NCBI GenBank assembly: GCA_964615725.1
Contig: CAZTPW010000001.1
Coordinates: 18,700 to 82,699, forward strand
DNA length: 64,000 bases
Origin: an uncultured Candidatus Saccharibacteria bacterium
GTDB lineage: Bacteria; Patescibacteriota; Minisyncoccia; Phycocordibacterales; CAZTPW01
Reading direction: 5' to 3'
Part shown: one piece after another, positions 11,723-20,355 of the stretch
Layout: every line of letters begins with the position of its first letter
Position numbering within the stretch: the stretch's first letter is position 1
Notes under the pieces: model-generated
What the model saw: the letters and a program-made list of their open reading frames with translations, nothing else
Databases searched by the model: none
Told to the model about the DNA's origin: nothing
Made by a program: the position numbers and the translations under genes

Positions 11723-14700
11723 TTATGAGTTAGCTTTAGTATCCTCGTCGTGTCGTCGCATCTCGACATCCAACGCTAGTCCTCGAAGGTTATTCAAGAG
11801 CACATTGAATGATGCTGGGATATTACTCTGAACGATTGGCTGGCCCTTAACGATTGCATCGAAAGCTGCTGTTCGTCCGAGGATGTCGTCTGACTTGATA
11901 GTCAAAACTTCTCGGAGTGTGTGAGCTGCACCGTGACCCAAGAGTGCCCAAACTTCCATTTCTCCGAATCGCTGTCCTCCACCCTGAGCTTTACCTCCAA
12001 GTGGCTGCTGAGTAATGAGTGAGTAAGGTCCGATTGATCGCATATGCACCTTGTCTTCCACCATGTGGTGAAGCTTCAAGATGTACATATAGCCAACTGA
12101 ACTTCGCTGCTCGAATGGCTGACCTGTTCGTCCGTCGAAGAGCTGCATCTTTCCATCTTCTTCAAAACCAGCTTTTTTGAGCTCAGCCTTGATTTCGGTG
12201 TCAGTAGCACCTACGAATGGAGGAACGATTGCCTGATAACCGAGGGTGTTTGCCGCGAGTCCCAAGTGGAGCTCGAGGATCTGACCGAGGTTCATACGAG
12301 ACGGCACACCGAGAGGTGTAAGGATCATGTCGACTGGGTTACCGTTTGAGTCGTATGGCATATCTTCTTCAGGAAGGATTCGTGAGATAACTCCCTTGTT
12401 TCCGTGTCGTCCAGCGAGTTTGTCTCCTACTGAAATTGCACGAAGCTGTGCTACCTCAATATGGATTCGCTTAATGATTCCTGATTCGAGTTTGTCGCCC
12501 TTCTCACGTGAAAATACTTTCACACTGATAACACGACCTCGCATACCTGCATCCATTCGCTTTGATGTGTCTTTTACATCACGAGCCTTTTCACCGAACA
12601 ATGATCGGAGAAGTCGCTCTTCTGGGGTAAGCTGAGTTTCGCTCTTTGGAGTAATCTTACCGACGAGAATGTCGCCTGGTCGCACCTCTGCTCCCACTCG
12701 AACAACACCGTCTTCATCGAGGTTTTTGAGTTTGTTTTCACCAACGTTTGGAATGTCTGGAGTAGTGATTTCAGGTCCAAGTTTAGTATCTCGAACGTTC
12801 ACAACGAATTCATCGATGTGGATTGAGGTAAACTTGCTGTCTTTCACAAGACGCTCAGAAAGAATAATCGCGTCTTCGTAGTTGTTACCTGACCATGACA
12901 TAAAGGCGATTCGCATGTTCTGTCCAATCGCAATCTGACCATTGTCAGATGATGAGGTGTCGGCGAGCACATCACCCTTTCGGATTTTGTCACCAAGGTT
13001 GATGATTGGGCGCTGGTGGAAAGCGGTAAAGCCGTTTGTTCGTGAGAAATTTACAAGAGGATATACTTTTTCCTTTCCTTTCAAATTCTTTACAACAATC
13101 TTTCGCGCATCTACCTTTGAAACAACACCATCCTCTTCAGCGAGAATAATTCGTCCTGTATCACGCGCAGCTTTTTCTTCGATACCTGTCGCAACAAGCG
13201 GAGCATCAGGAACGAGACAAGGCACTGCTTGTTTCTGCATGTTTGAACCCATGAGCGCTCGGTTGGCGTCATCGTGGTTTAGGAATGGAATCATTGAGGT
13301 GGCGATTGAGAATGCCTGGCTTGTGCCGACGTCAATGAAATCAACATCCTTTGCCTTTGCCATGTGCGGCTTTCCATTCAATCGAACTTCCACATCATCA
13401 ACAGTGATCTTTCCGTCTTCATCAACAGGAGTTGCTGCGTGAGCAATGTTGTAGCTCTCTTCCTCAAGAGCGTTCAAATATCGAATCTCTTTCGTAATCT
13501 TTCCGTTTTTGACTACCGCGTAAGGAGTTTCGATCATTCCAAACTCATTGATTACCGCGTAGGTTGAAAGACGCAAGATCAAACCAATGTTTGGACCTTC
13601 TGGTGTGTGGATAGGACAGAGACGACCATAGTGAGATGGGTGTACGTCTCGCACTTCAATACCTGCTCGCTCTCGTGTAAGACCGCCGGGTCCAAGTGCT
13701 GAGAGGGTTCGCAAGTGTTCAAGCTCCTGGAGAATGTTTTCCTGGGCCATGAACTGTGAAAGCTGGTTTGTTGTGAAGAATTCCTTGATACGTGCCTGGA
13801 GAGGTTTTGGAGAAATGAAGTTCAAAGGCTGTGTCACATCAGGCTCGATGGTAGACATCTTGTCCTGAATGTTTCGCTTGATCTGTGACATACCAATTCG
13901 AATCTTCTGCTGGAGAAGTTCACCGACAAATCGAACACGTCGTGAGCCAAGGTGATCGATATCGTCTGGGAGAGTATTTGGGGTGTTGTTGAGATGAATG
14001 ATATGAGAAACAATCGTAGCAATATCATCAAGATTGATGGTACGTCGCTCGAGTTCCTTATCAGTCATTGATTTCGCGAAACGCTTGTTGAAGCGGAATC
14101 GTCCAACCTTTGAAAGGTCGTATCGCTCTGCATTGAAGATAGACTGAATGTATTCTTTTGCATTGTCTACGCTACCGAGGTCGCCATCGCGAAGCTTCTT
14201 ATGGATTTCCATGTAAGCCTCATCGACAGTTTTTGCATGATCCTTTCCGAGAGATACATCGATGTGATTCTTTGCAAAAGGAACATCCTTGAAGAGCGCC
14301 TTAATATCTGAATCTGTCGTTGCACCAAGAACTCGCAAGAGTGATGTGATGCCAAACTTTCGCTTTCGATCAACACGAACGAAAAGTGAATTGTCAGTAT
14401 CGGTCTCAATTTCAATCCATGCTCCTCGCGCAGGAATAATTTTTGCACCGAAAAGCTTTCGACCCTTTACTTCTTCCTCAGTAAAGAAAACGCCAAAAGA
14501 TCGTGCGAGCTGAGGCACGATAACTCGTTCAATACCACTAATCACGAATGTACCGTGATTGGTCATCATAGGAAAATCAGTGAGGAAAATCTCCTGTTCC
14601 TTTACGGTACCAAGGGTTTTATTCTTGAGACGAACCGTCGCCTTCAAAGGTGCTTCGTATGAAAGCTTGTTTTCCTTTGCGTGGAATTCGTCAAATTTTG

Positions 14701-14938
14701 GCTGACCGAGCTTGAACCCTGTGAAATCGAGTTCAAACTTCTTGTTTGCATAGTCTTTGATAGAAGAAAATTCTTTAAAAACTTCCTCAAGACCTGTCTT
14801 AATGAGCCAGTCGTATGACCGTGTCTGGGGCTCTACCAGATTTGGGACTGGTGTAAGTGGCTCGTGGTAGCGAGAGAAGAACTTCTTTTCTCTCATACCT
14901 ACGGTCGCTTTGTCAGTCTTTGTAGCTGAATGTGGCAT
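11723..14938 (-). CDS. rpoB: DNA-directed RNA polymerase subunit beta
   Basis: 1071 aa with conserved Rpb2-like blocks (GRHGNKGV, PSRMNLGQ). Confidence 0.97.
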   Translation of the reverse strand: MPHSATKTDKATVGMREKKFFSRYHEPLTPVPNLVEPQTRSYDWLIKTGLEEVFKEFSSIKDYANKKFELDFTGFKLGQPKFDEFHAKENKLSYEAPLKATVRLKNKTLGTVKEQEIFLTDFPMMTNHGTFVISGIERVIVPQLARSFGVFFTEEEVKGRKLFGAKIIPARGAWIEIETDTDNSLFVRVDRKRKFGITSLLRVLGATTDSDIKALFKDVPFAKNHIDVSLGKDHAKTVDEAYMEIHKKLRDGDLGSVDNAKEYIQSIFNAERYDLSKVGRFRFNKRFAKSMTDKELERRTINLDDIATIVSHIIHLNNTPNTLPDDIDHLGSRRVRFVGELLQQKIRIGMSQIKRNIQDKMSTIEPDVTQPLNFISPKPLQARIKEFFTTNQLSQFMAQENILQELEHLRTLSALGPGGLTRERAGIEVRDVHPSHYGRLCPIHTPEGPNIGLILRLSTYAVINEFGMIETPYAVVKNGKITKEIRYLNALEEESYNIAHAATPVDEDGKITVDDVEVRLNGKPHMAKAKDVDFIDVGTSQAFSIATSMIPFLNHDDANRALMGSNMQKQAVPCLVPDAPLVATGIEEKAARDTGRIILAEEDGVVSKVDARKIVVKNLKGKEKVYPLVNFSRTNGFTAFHQRPIINLGDKIRKGDVLADTSSSDNGQIAIGQNMRIAFMSWSGNNYEDAIILSERLVKDSKFTSIHIDEFVVNVRDTKLGPEITTPDIPNVGENKLKNLDEDGVVRVGAEVRPGDILVGKITPKSETQLTPEERLLRSLFGEKARDVKDTSKRMDAGMRGRVISVKVFSREKGDKLESGIIKRIHIEVAQLRAISVGDKLAGRHGNKGVISRILPEEDMPYDSNGNPVDMILTPLGVPSRMNLGQILELHLGLAANTLGYQAIVPPFVGATDTEIKAELKKAGFEEDGKMQLFDGRTGQPFEQRSSVGYMYILKLHHMVEDKVHMRSIGPYSLITQQPLGGKAQGGGQRFGEMEVWALLGHGAAHTLREVLTIKSDDILGRTAAFDAIVKGQPIVQSNIPASFNVLLNNLRGLALDVEMRRHDEDTKANS

Positions 14939-15145
14939 GAAAATACTTATACATTAATAATCCGAAATGCTCATAAACTTATCACAAGCGCCCCGAATTA
15001 CATCCAAAAAATCCGCACAAAACAATAAAAGACCTCTGAGGAAAAAGGCTTTATTATTGTTTGTATGAAATTTATTGTAGATGTATACGCAAGACGGGCT
15101 CTTATGATTAACCTCTCAAAAACCCCCTAAACCATCCATAACTCA

Positions 15146-15173
15146 CTCTTGCTTAGGTAGCGTCAGTATACAC
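15146..15173 (-). promoter_or_regulatory. Near-consensus sigma70 promoter for the rpoBC-dnaG-rpoD block (TTGACA-N16-TATACT)
   Basis: On the minus strand, the -35 TTGACA lies at 15168-15173 and the -10 TATACT at 15146-15151. This implies an approximately 200-nt leader before rpoB. Confidence 0.5.
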
Positions 15174-15233
15174 ACACTTGATTTTTTGTCAATCAAGCTC
15201 ACCACCCTCTGGGGAAAACTTTCTGGTTAGTCC

Positions 15234-15947
15234 CTATTCGAGTACCGTCACCTTGGTCATGAATACGCCGTCGACAGGTTTGTCGCTTACCGCATGAGTC
15301 TTCACATTACCAATAGCATCAACGATGCTCTGACCCTGAATCACACGACCAAAGATAGTGTAGTTGTGTGGAAGATACTGAGGCGGCTTCGTGTAGTCTG
15401 CGAGCATGATGAAGAATTGGCTACCATTGGTGTTTGGACCAGCGTTTGCCATTGCAACAGTTCCCTTTCGATATCCAAGCTTTGCTGAAGGTGTGTTTGG
15501 GTCGAGCTCATCTGCAAAGGTGTATCCTGGACCACCAGTACCATTTGCGAGAGGATCACCACCCTGAATCATGAAGCCCTTAATGACACGGTGGAAAATG
15601 GTGCCGTTGTAAAAGCCCTTTCGTGTAAGGGTAAGGAAATTGTTTACGGCAAGAGGAGCATCCTGATCGAAAAGCTCGATAACGATGTCACCTTTTGTAG
15701 TCTGAATCTTAACTTTGTGTTTTGAAATTGGTTGCATAGATGATGAAGTTGGTTTTGTAGATGTAGCTTTGTCTGGGACAGTCGTCGTGGCGTTTGAAGA
15801 TGTTTGAGATGTCTGACTATTATTGGTGGTTGAATTTTCTGGCTTACTTGAAAGTGAGTAGATTCCGAATCCAATAAGGACAAGGGCTACGATGATTGCT
15901 ATATATTTCATAGCGAGAATTATAGCATAGAGCGTGATGCGCGCCAC
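15234..15947 (-). CDS. ppiB: Cyclophilin-type peptidyl-prolyl cis-trans isomerase, N-terminal membrane anchor plus Ser/Thr-rich linker
   Basis: FHRVIKGFMIQGGDP...GTGGPG cyclophilin signature, an N-terminal transmembrane segment and a roughly 45-aa S/T-rich linker. The start codon is uncertain (GTG at 15947 or ATG at 15911). Confidence 0.85.
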   Translation of the reverse strand: MARITLYAIILAMKYIAIIVALVLIGFGIYSLSSKPENSTTNNSQTSQTSSNATTTVPDKATSTKPTSSSMQPISKHKVKIQTTKGDIVIELFDQDAPLAVNNFLTLTRKGFYNGTIFHRVIKGFMIQGGDPLANGTGGPGYTFADELDPNTPSAKLGYRKGTVAMANAGPNTNGSQFFIMLADYTKPPQYLPHNYTIFGRVIQGQSIVDAIGNVKTHAVSDKPVDGVFMTKVTVLE

Positions 15948-16657
15948 TCCTCGATTTTTTTATGATTCCCTGAAAGCAAAACTTTCGGTACTCGATACTT
16001 TTTCCCCTTGTATACAACAACTTCTGGCCTTGTGTAGACATCAGATGAGGCGTTTCGAGACTCTTCCCGAGATGAGAAGTTGCCAAGTACTGATGGGATC
16101 TGACGCGATATGGTATCAATCAAAATCATTGCCGGTAATTCACCACCAGTAAGCACGAATGGCCCTACTGAAATATCAACCATAGGAAAAATTGCTTTGA
16201 CTCGAGCATCAATGCCTTCATATCGTCCGCACACAAAAACTATATCGGTATATGTCTTTGCATAACGAGACGCTTGTTCGGTGGTGAACTGCTCACCTTG
16301 AGGAGAAAAGAATACGATCCTTACCTGTTTTCGGGTTTTTGGATTTGAAATTTTTTTGCCAACCGCTTTCTGGATAGCTTTTACTATTGGAAGTGCCTCG
16401 ATTACCATACCTGGCCCACCACCATACGGTTTATTGTCGACACGTCGCTCTGAATAAGTCTGTTTGCGACCCTTTGGCACTATAGCAAAATCACGTGGGT
16501 TATAAAAAGCCACTTTGATCTTTTTGTCCTCAATGGCGCGCTTAAGAATCGATTCTCCGAGATATGATTCAAATGCACCAGGAAAAAGTGTCACCACATG
16601 GAATGTGGTTGGTTTTTTCGATTGATTCTGTGTTTTTTTCGTAGTTGGTCGCTTCAT
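15920..16657 (-). CDS. trmD: tRNA (guanine37-N1)-methyltransferase
   Basis: HVVTLFPGAFESYLGESILKRA...YGGGPGMV. The start is assigned to MKRPTTKK (16657). The ORF track extends it to 16681, which would place the start inside a hairpin. Confidence 0.9.
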   Translation of the reverse strand: MKRPTTKKTQNQSKKPTTFHVVTLFPGAFESYLGESILKRAIEDKKIKVAFYNPRDFAIVPKGRKQTYSERRVDNKPYGGGPGMVIEALPIVKAIQKAVGKKISNPKTRKQVRIVFFSPQGEQFTTEQASRYAKTYTDIVFVCGRYEGIDARVKAIFPMVDISVGPFVLTGGELPAMILIDTISRQIPSVLGNFSSREESRNASSDVYTRPEVVVYKGKKYRVPKVLLSGNHKKIEEWRASRSML

Positions 16658-16660
16658 AGA

Positions 16661-16703
16661 ATAACAAAACCTGTGGAACATATAGTACCACAGGTTTTGT
16701 TAT
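16661..16703 (-). promoter_or_regulatory. 16-bp perfect stem-loop (ATAACAAAACCTGTGG / CCACAGGTTTTGTTAT) between the KH-protein gene and trmD
   Basis: Read directly from the sequence. It abuts the trmD start and ribosome-binding-site region. It may be an intra-operon attenuator, an RNase III site or a translational occluder. Confidence 0.5.
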
Positions 16704-16717
16704 TTGTCATCTATTCG

Positions 16718-17029
16718 TTAGATTCGCAAATCGTCGAGAGATTCGTCGAGTGTCTTTGAGGTCTTCTCAGGTCGGACACCGCCGTCTGGCTCGTTGATCT
16801 TGAGGTTTACGCGAGCATTATTTTTCATTCCTACCACTCGAAGGAGGGTTCGGATTGCCTTTGCGGTATTACCCATTCGGCCAATAATCTTTCCCATATC
16901 AGCAGGATTTACTGAGAGGGTTAGGAGAACGCCCATTTCATCCACACTTCGGACGATTTTTACGTCCTGAGGATTTTCTACCAATGACTTTACAACATAA
17001 TCAAGAAACTGTGCGTCAAGTTCGTTCAT
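16718..17029 (-). CDS. KH-domain RNA-binding protein (UPF0109/YlqC-like)
   Basis: IIGRMGNTAKAIRTLLRVVG KH motif, in the conserved position between rpsP and trmD. rimM is absent. Confidence 0.8.
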   Translation of the reverse strand: MNELDAQFLDYVVKSLVENPQDVKIVRSVDEMGVLLTLSVNPADMGKIIGRMGNTAKAIRTLLRVVGMKNNARVNLKINEPDGGVRPEKTSKTLDESLDDLRI

Positions 17030-17155
17030 GGTTTTCAGATCAAAATTATAATAAGAATTTTCGGCAGTATGCCGTTCGGTTACTGCTCATTCAATTGTAG
17101 TATGGTGTCAAGAGTGCGTCAACAAGAGCAATCCCCTGTTTGCACCGAGGAGAAT

Positions 17156-17527
17156 CTAGGCTTTTGGAGCTTCTGAAGCTGGAGTTTCAGCTGGAGCTGC
17201 TGCCTGAGCAGGAGCGGCTTTTGCTTCATCCGCCTTTGCCTCTACCTTTGGAGGGCTCTTTCGTGGAAGAATGTTGATTTTCTTTCCTGAGATGATCTTT
17301 TTGCCGATCAAGTAGTTGTGGACATTGTCAGTTGGCTTTGCACCCTTTGACATCCAGTGCTTGAGTCGCTCTGTATTGATCTGATCTACACCTCCCTTTC
17401 GGTAATCAAAAGCACCCAATACTTCGAGGAATTTTCCGCTTCGTGTTGCGTTCTGAGAATCAGTAACGACAAAACGGAATGAAGGATTGTTCTTTCGGCC
17501 TACGCGCTGTAATCGAATTTTTAGCAT
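17156..17527 (-). CDS. rpsP: 30S ribosomal protein S16 with Ala/Pro/Glu-rich C-terminal tail
   Basis: MLKIRLQRVGRKNNPSFRFVV. The ORF track's 182-aa version includes an implausible 59-aa N-terminal extension. ATG at 17527. Confidence 0.9.
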   Translation of the reverse strand: MLKIRLQRVGRKNNPSFRFVVTDSQNATRSGKFLEVLGAFDYRKGGVDQINTERLKHWMSKGAKPTDNVHNYLIGKKIISGKKINILPRKSPPKVEAKADEAKAAPAQAAAPAETPASEAPKA

Positions 17528-17555
17528 GAGGTGTATCCTACCAAAAGTCTTTGAT

Positions 17556-17584
17556 TTGGTCAATATACCATAATCTGCTATAGT
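17556..17584 (+). promoter_or_regulatory. Candidate promoter for rnr (TTGGTC-N17-TATAGT)
   Basis: Lies in the 77-nt divergent region between rpsP and rnr, read directly from the sequence. Confidence 0.4.
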
Positions 17585-17604
17585 AGCGGGGTACACATTC
17601 TCAT

Positions 17605-19590
17605 ATGAAACCCCTAGGAAAAATGCCGGAACGTTGGAGTGGAACAATCTCAGTGTCAGGAAAAGGATTTGGTTATATTGAAATCCCTGATAGCAAAGAC
17701 CCAACCACCAAAGAACCTATCGACGCAGAAATTCAGCCAGAACGACTTCATACCGCACTTCATAATGATGAGGTTGAAGTTAAGCTTATCAAAGACAAAC
17801 GATCTGAGCGTATTCAGGCTGAGGTAGTAGCGATCGTCACTCGTGCAAAAACTGACTTTGTTGGCGTTATTGAGCAAGAGCAAGGCCGCTTTTTTCTTGT
17901 ACCCGATGACAAGCGGTTCTACCGAGACATTGTTCTCGAAGTCGGCACAAAGGGTCCATTCCCTGCTGGCACCAAAGCACTCGTGCACATGACTCATTGG
18001 GTTGAAGGAAAAAATCCTGAAGGAAAACTCATAAAGATTATCGGTACCAAGGGCGACAACAATGTCGAAATGGAATCGATCGTTTTGGAACGAGGGTTTG
18101 ATACAACGTTCCCTGAAGCTGTTGAAGAAGAGGCTCGCACCATCGAACGTACGAAAAAACCAATTCCTCGCGAAGAAATCGCGAAGCGCCGTGACTTCCG
18201 CGACACACTCACCTTCACCATCGACCCTCATGATGCAAAGGACTTCGATGATGCAATTTCATTCAAGCCACTTGGCATGCGCGACGGTGTAGAGGTATAT
18301 GAGATCGGCGTGCATATTGCTGACGTATCACATTACGTTCGCCCAAAATCTGCGCTCGACCGCGAAGCGATTAAGCGTTCATTCTCCGTATATCTCGTTG
18401 ACCGCACAATCCCGATGCTTCCTGAAGTTTTGTCGAACGACATTTGTAGTTTGAATCCCAACGAAGAAAAACTCACCTTCACATCTGCTTTTGTAATGGA
18501 CATCAAAGGAAACATTTACGAGCGATGGTTTGGAAAGACTGTTATCAAATCTGCGAAGCGCTTTACCTATGAAGAAGCTCAGGAATCGATCAACACTCCT
18601 GACGCTTTGCATCATGATGTTTTGGTAACACTCAACACCCTTGCAAAAAATCTCGCTGAAGTGAAGTTTAAAAATGGTGCAATCGATTTCGAAAAAGATG
18701 AAGTAAAGTTTGAACTTGATGCAAAAGGAAAGCCGATCCGCGTCTATCAAAAACAGCGCCTCGATACTCATAAACTCGTTGAGGAATACATGCTCCTCGC
18801 CAACCGCGAAGTCGCTGAGTACATTCATCAGCACGATACTCGCGATCGAAAAGCCGGCAAAAAAACCGAGAGTGCTCTTCTCTACCGTATTCACGAAAAG
18901 CCCGATCAAGAAAAGCTTGAGGACCTTTCAATTTTCATTCGAGCGCTTGGCTATGATCTTGAGGCTCATGACGGCCATATCACTTCTCAGTCAATTCGCA
19001 AACTCCTCGATCAGGTGACAGGAAAGCCTAACGAACAACTCATCAAAACTGCGACGATTCGCTCAATGGCAAAAGCGATTTACTCTACACTCAATGTTGG
19101 TCACTTCGGCCTTGCATTCAAATACTATACTCATTTCACATCGCCTATTCGACGATATCCTGACCTCCTTGTGCATCGCGTGCTCCAGCACTACCTCGAA
19201 GGAAAGCGTGTGCCTGCCGCTGAGATTCGCCACTATGAAACGATGGCGCTTAAGTCGAGCCGAAAGGAAGTTTCTGCTGCCGAAGCTGAGCGAGCATCGA
19301 TCAAATACAAACAGGTTGAATATATGATGGACAAAGTCGGCCAAGTGTTTGATGGAACGATCACTGGTGTGACCGAATGGGGCATCTATATCGAAGAAAA
19401 TCAGACCAAGTGCGAAGGTATGGCAAAACTCCGCGACCTCACTGATGACTTCTATGCTTTGGACAAGAAAAATTACGCACTTGTTGGTGAAAAATCTAAG
19501 AAGAAGTTTCAACTTGGCGATATAGTGAAGTTTAAGGTTGCAAGCGCCGATCTCGACAAGAAAATTCTCGACTATCAGTTGGTGAAATAA
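17605..19590 (+). CDS. rnr: Ribonuclease R / RNase II family 3'-5' exoribonuclease (cold-shock domains, RNB domain, C-terminal S1 domain)
   Basis: RNB signature HFGLAFKYYTHFTSPIRRYPDLLVHR. A more likely start is ATG 17623, preceded by AGGA. Confidence 0.9.
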   Translation: MKPLGKMPERWSGTISVSGKGFGYIEIPDSKDPTTKEPIDAEIQPERLHTALHNDEVEVKLIKDKRSERIQAEVVAIVTRAKTDFVGVIEQEQGRFFLVPDDKRFYRDIVLEVGTKGPFPAGTKALVHMTHWVEGKNPEGKLIKIIGTKGDNNVEMESIVLERGFDTTFPEAVEEEARTIERTKKPIPREEIAKRRDFRDTLTFTIDPHDAKDFDDAISFKPLGMRDGVEVYEIGVHIADVSHYVRPKSALDREAIKRSFSVYLVDRTIPMLPEVLSNDICSLNPNEEKLTFTSAFVMDIKGNIYERWFGKTVIKSAKRFTYEEAQESINTPDALHHDVLVTLNTLAKNLAEVKFKNGAIDFEKDEVKFELDAKGKPIRVYQKQRLDTHKLVEEYMLLANREVAEYIHQHDTRDRKAGKKTESALLYRIHEKPDQEKLEDLSIFIRALGYDLEAHDGHITSQSIRKLLDQVTGKPNEQLIKTATIRSMAKAIYSTLNVGHFGLAFKYYTHFTSPIRRYPDLLVHRVLQHYLEGKRVPAAEIRHYETMALKSSRKEVSAAEAERASIKYKQVEYMMDKVGQVFDGTITGVTEWGIYIEENQTKCEGMAKLRDLTDDFYALDKKNYALVGEKSKKKFQLGDIVKFKVASADLDKKILDYQLVK

Positions 19591-19606
19591 CTATCTTGTA
19601 TAAAAA

Positions 19607-19631
19607 AACCGCCCGAGAATCGGGCGGCGAA
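19607..19631. terminator. Bidirectional hairpin terminator (CCGCCCG-AGAAT-CGGGCGG) between convergent rnr and the 168-aa gene
   Basis: Read directly from the sequence. It is flanked by an A-run and a T-rich stretch. Confidence 0.7.
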
Positions 19632-19663
19632 TCGGTGCATGTGCACCCAACGAACAACGAGCC

Positions 19664-20170
19664 TTACTTCGGGAGCTCGGCGATCAGTTTTTCGAACTCC
19701 ACAGTAACTGTTTTGCGAAGCTTAAAGTTTCCCATGAGGTCGAACTCCGCTGAGGCACGGTTCTCTCCATCGATTGCCATCTGGCAACCATGGAAGTTGG
19801 GATGCCAATTGTGGAGATCGTCACAGCATTCCATTGAAAGGATCGCGACGATTGAATGGTGCTGACCGCTCGTAGTCGAGACCCTTGCAACAACGCTCAG
19901 CTCGAACATTCCCTTCTCACCACGTGCATCTTTACGATTTGGCATGTAGTGCATGATTTCCTGATCCCATGAGAAAACCATATCGAGCCCTCCCTCCTCG
20001 CACATCATGTTTAGAATGCGCTCAAATGTGGAGCGCGCGACCAACATTCCATGGTCGTAGTTTGCAAACATGTAATTCCCACTCGGACAGCTGATCTCAG
20101 TCCAGGTTGGAAGGTGAGGAAATGGATTGTGACTGGTTATCAACGAATGGGCATTGGTCTTGGGTTTCAT
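19664..20170 (-). CDS. Hypothetical protein (168 aa), GC-richer than surrounding genes
   Basis: Intact ORF with a His/Cys-containing HNWHPNFHGC segment. No confident family assignment. Confidence 0.45.
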   Translation of the reverse strand: MKPKTNAHSLITSHNPFPHLPTWTEISCPSGNYMFANYDHGMLVARSTFERILNMMCEEGGLDMVFSWDQEIMHYMPNRKDARGEKGMFELSVVARVSTTSGQHHSIVAILSMECCDDLHNWHPNFHGCQMAIDGENRASAEFDLMGNFKLRKTVTVEFEKLIAELPK

Positions 20171-20211
20171 ATTCAGTTTTAAATTTACACTTAGGTTTTC
20201 ACGGTGTTGTG

Positions 20212-20276
20212 ATATACCCTATCTCTCATATGTTACCATATATAAGGGCATATGTCAATACATGAAAAGGGTATAT
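20212..20276 (-). promoter_or_regulatory. Promoter TTGACA-N17-TAACAT for the 168-aa gene, bracketed by a 9-bp inverted repeat (ATATACCCT ... AGGGTATAT)
   Basis: On the minus strand, the -35 lies at 20253-20258 and the -10 at 20230-20235. The inverted-repeat arms lie at 20212-20220 and 20268-20276. Confidence 0.4.
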
Positions 20277-20302
20277 TTTATGGCTTTTTATGCATAAAAA
20301 AA

Positions 20303-20329
20303 CAGCTCGAACGGGGGGGTTCGAGCTGT
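20303..20329 (-). terminator. Intrinsic terminator (CAGCTCGAAC-GGGGGGG-GTTCGAGCTG followed by a U-run on the minus strand)
   Basis: 10-bp stem directly downstream of the 305-aa gene stop, followed on the minus strand by TTTTTTTAT. Confidence 0.75.
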
Positions 20330-20355
20330 TGCGAAAACCAACAGGTCCATAGACC

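Noticed and set aside
8077-14513. Numerous 60-170 aa plus-strand ORFs inside rpoB/rpoC (e.g. 12942..13442, 8077..8469)
   Set aside because: These are antisense to highly conserved genes. They show compositionally biased, low-complexity translations and lack start context. They are typical shadow ORFs.
17528-17704. 59-aa N-terminal extension of rpsP in the ORF track
   Set aside because: S16 universally begins MLKIRL. The extension has no similarity and would run through the divergent rnr promoter.
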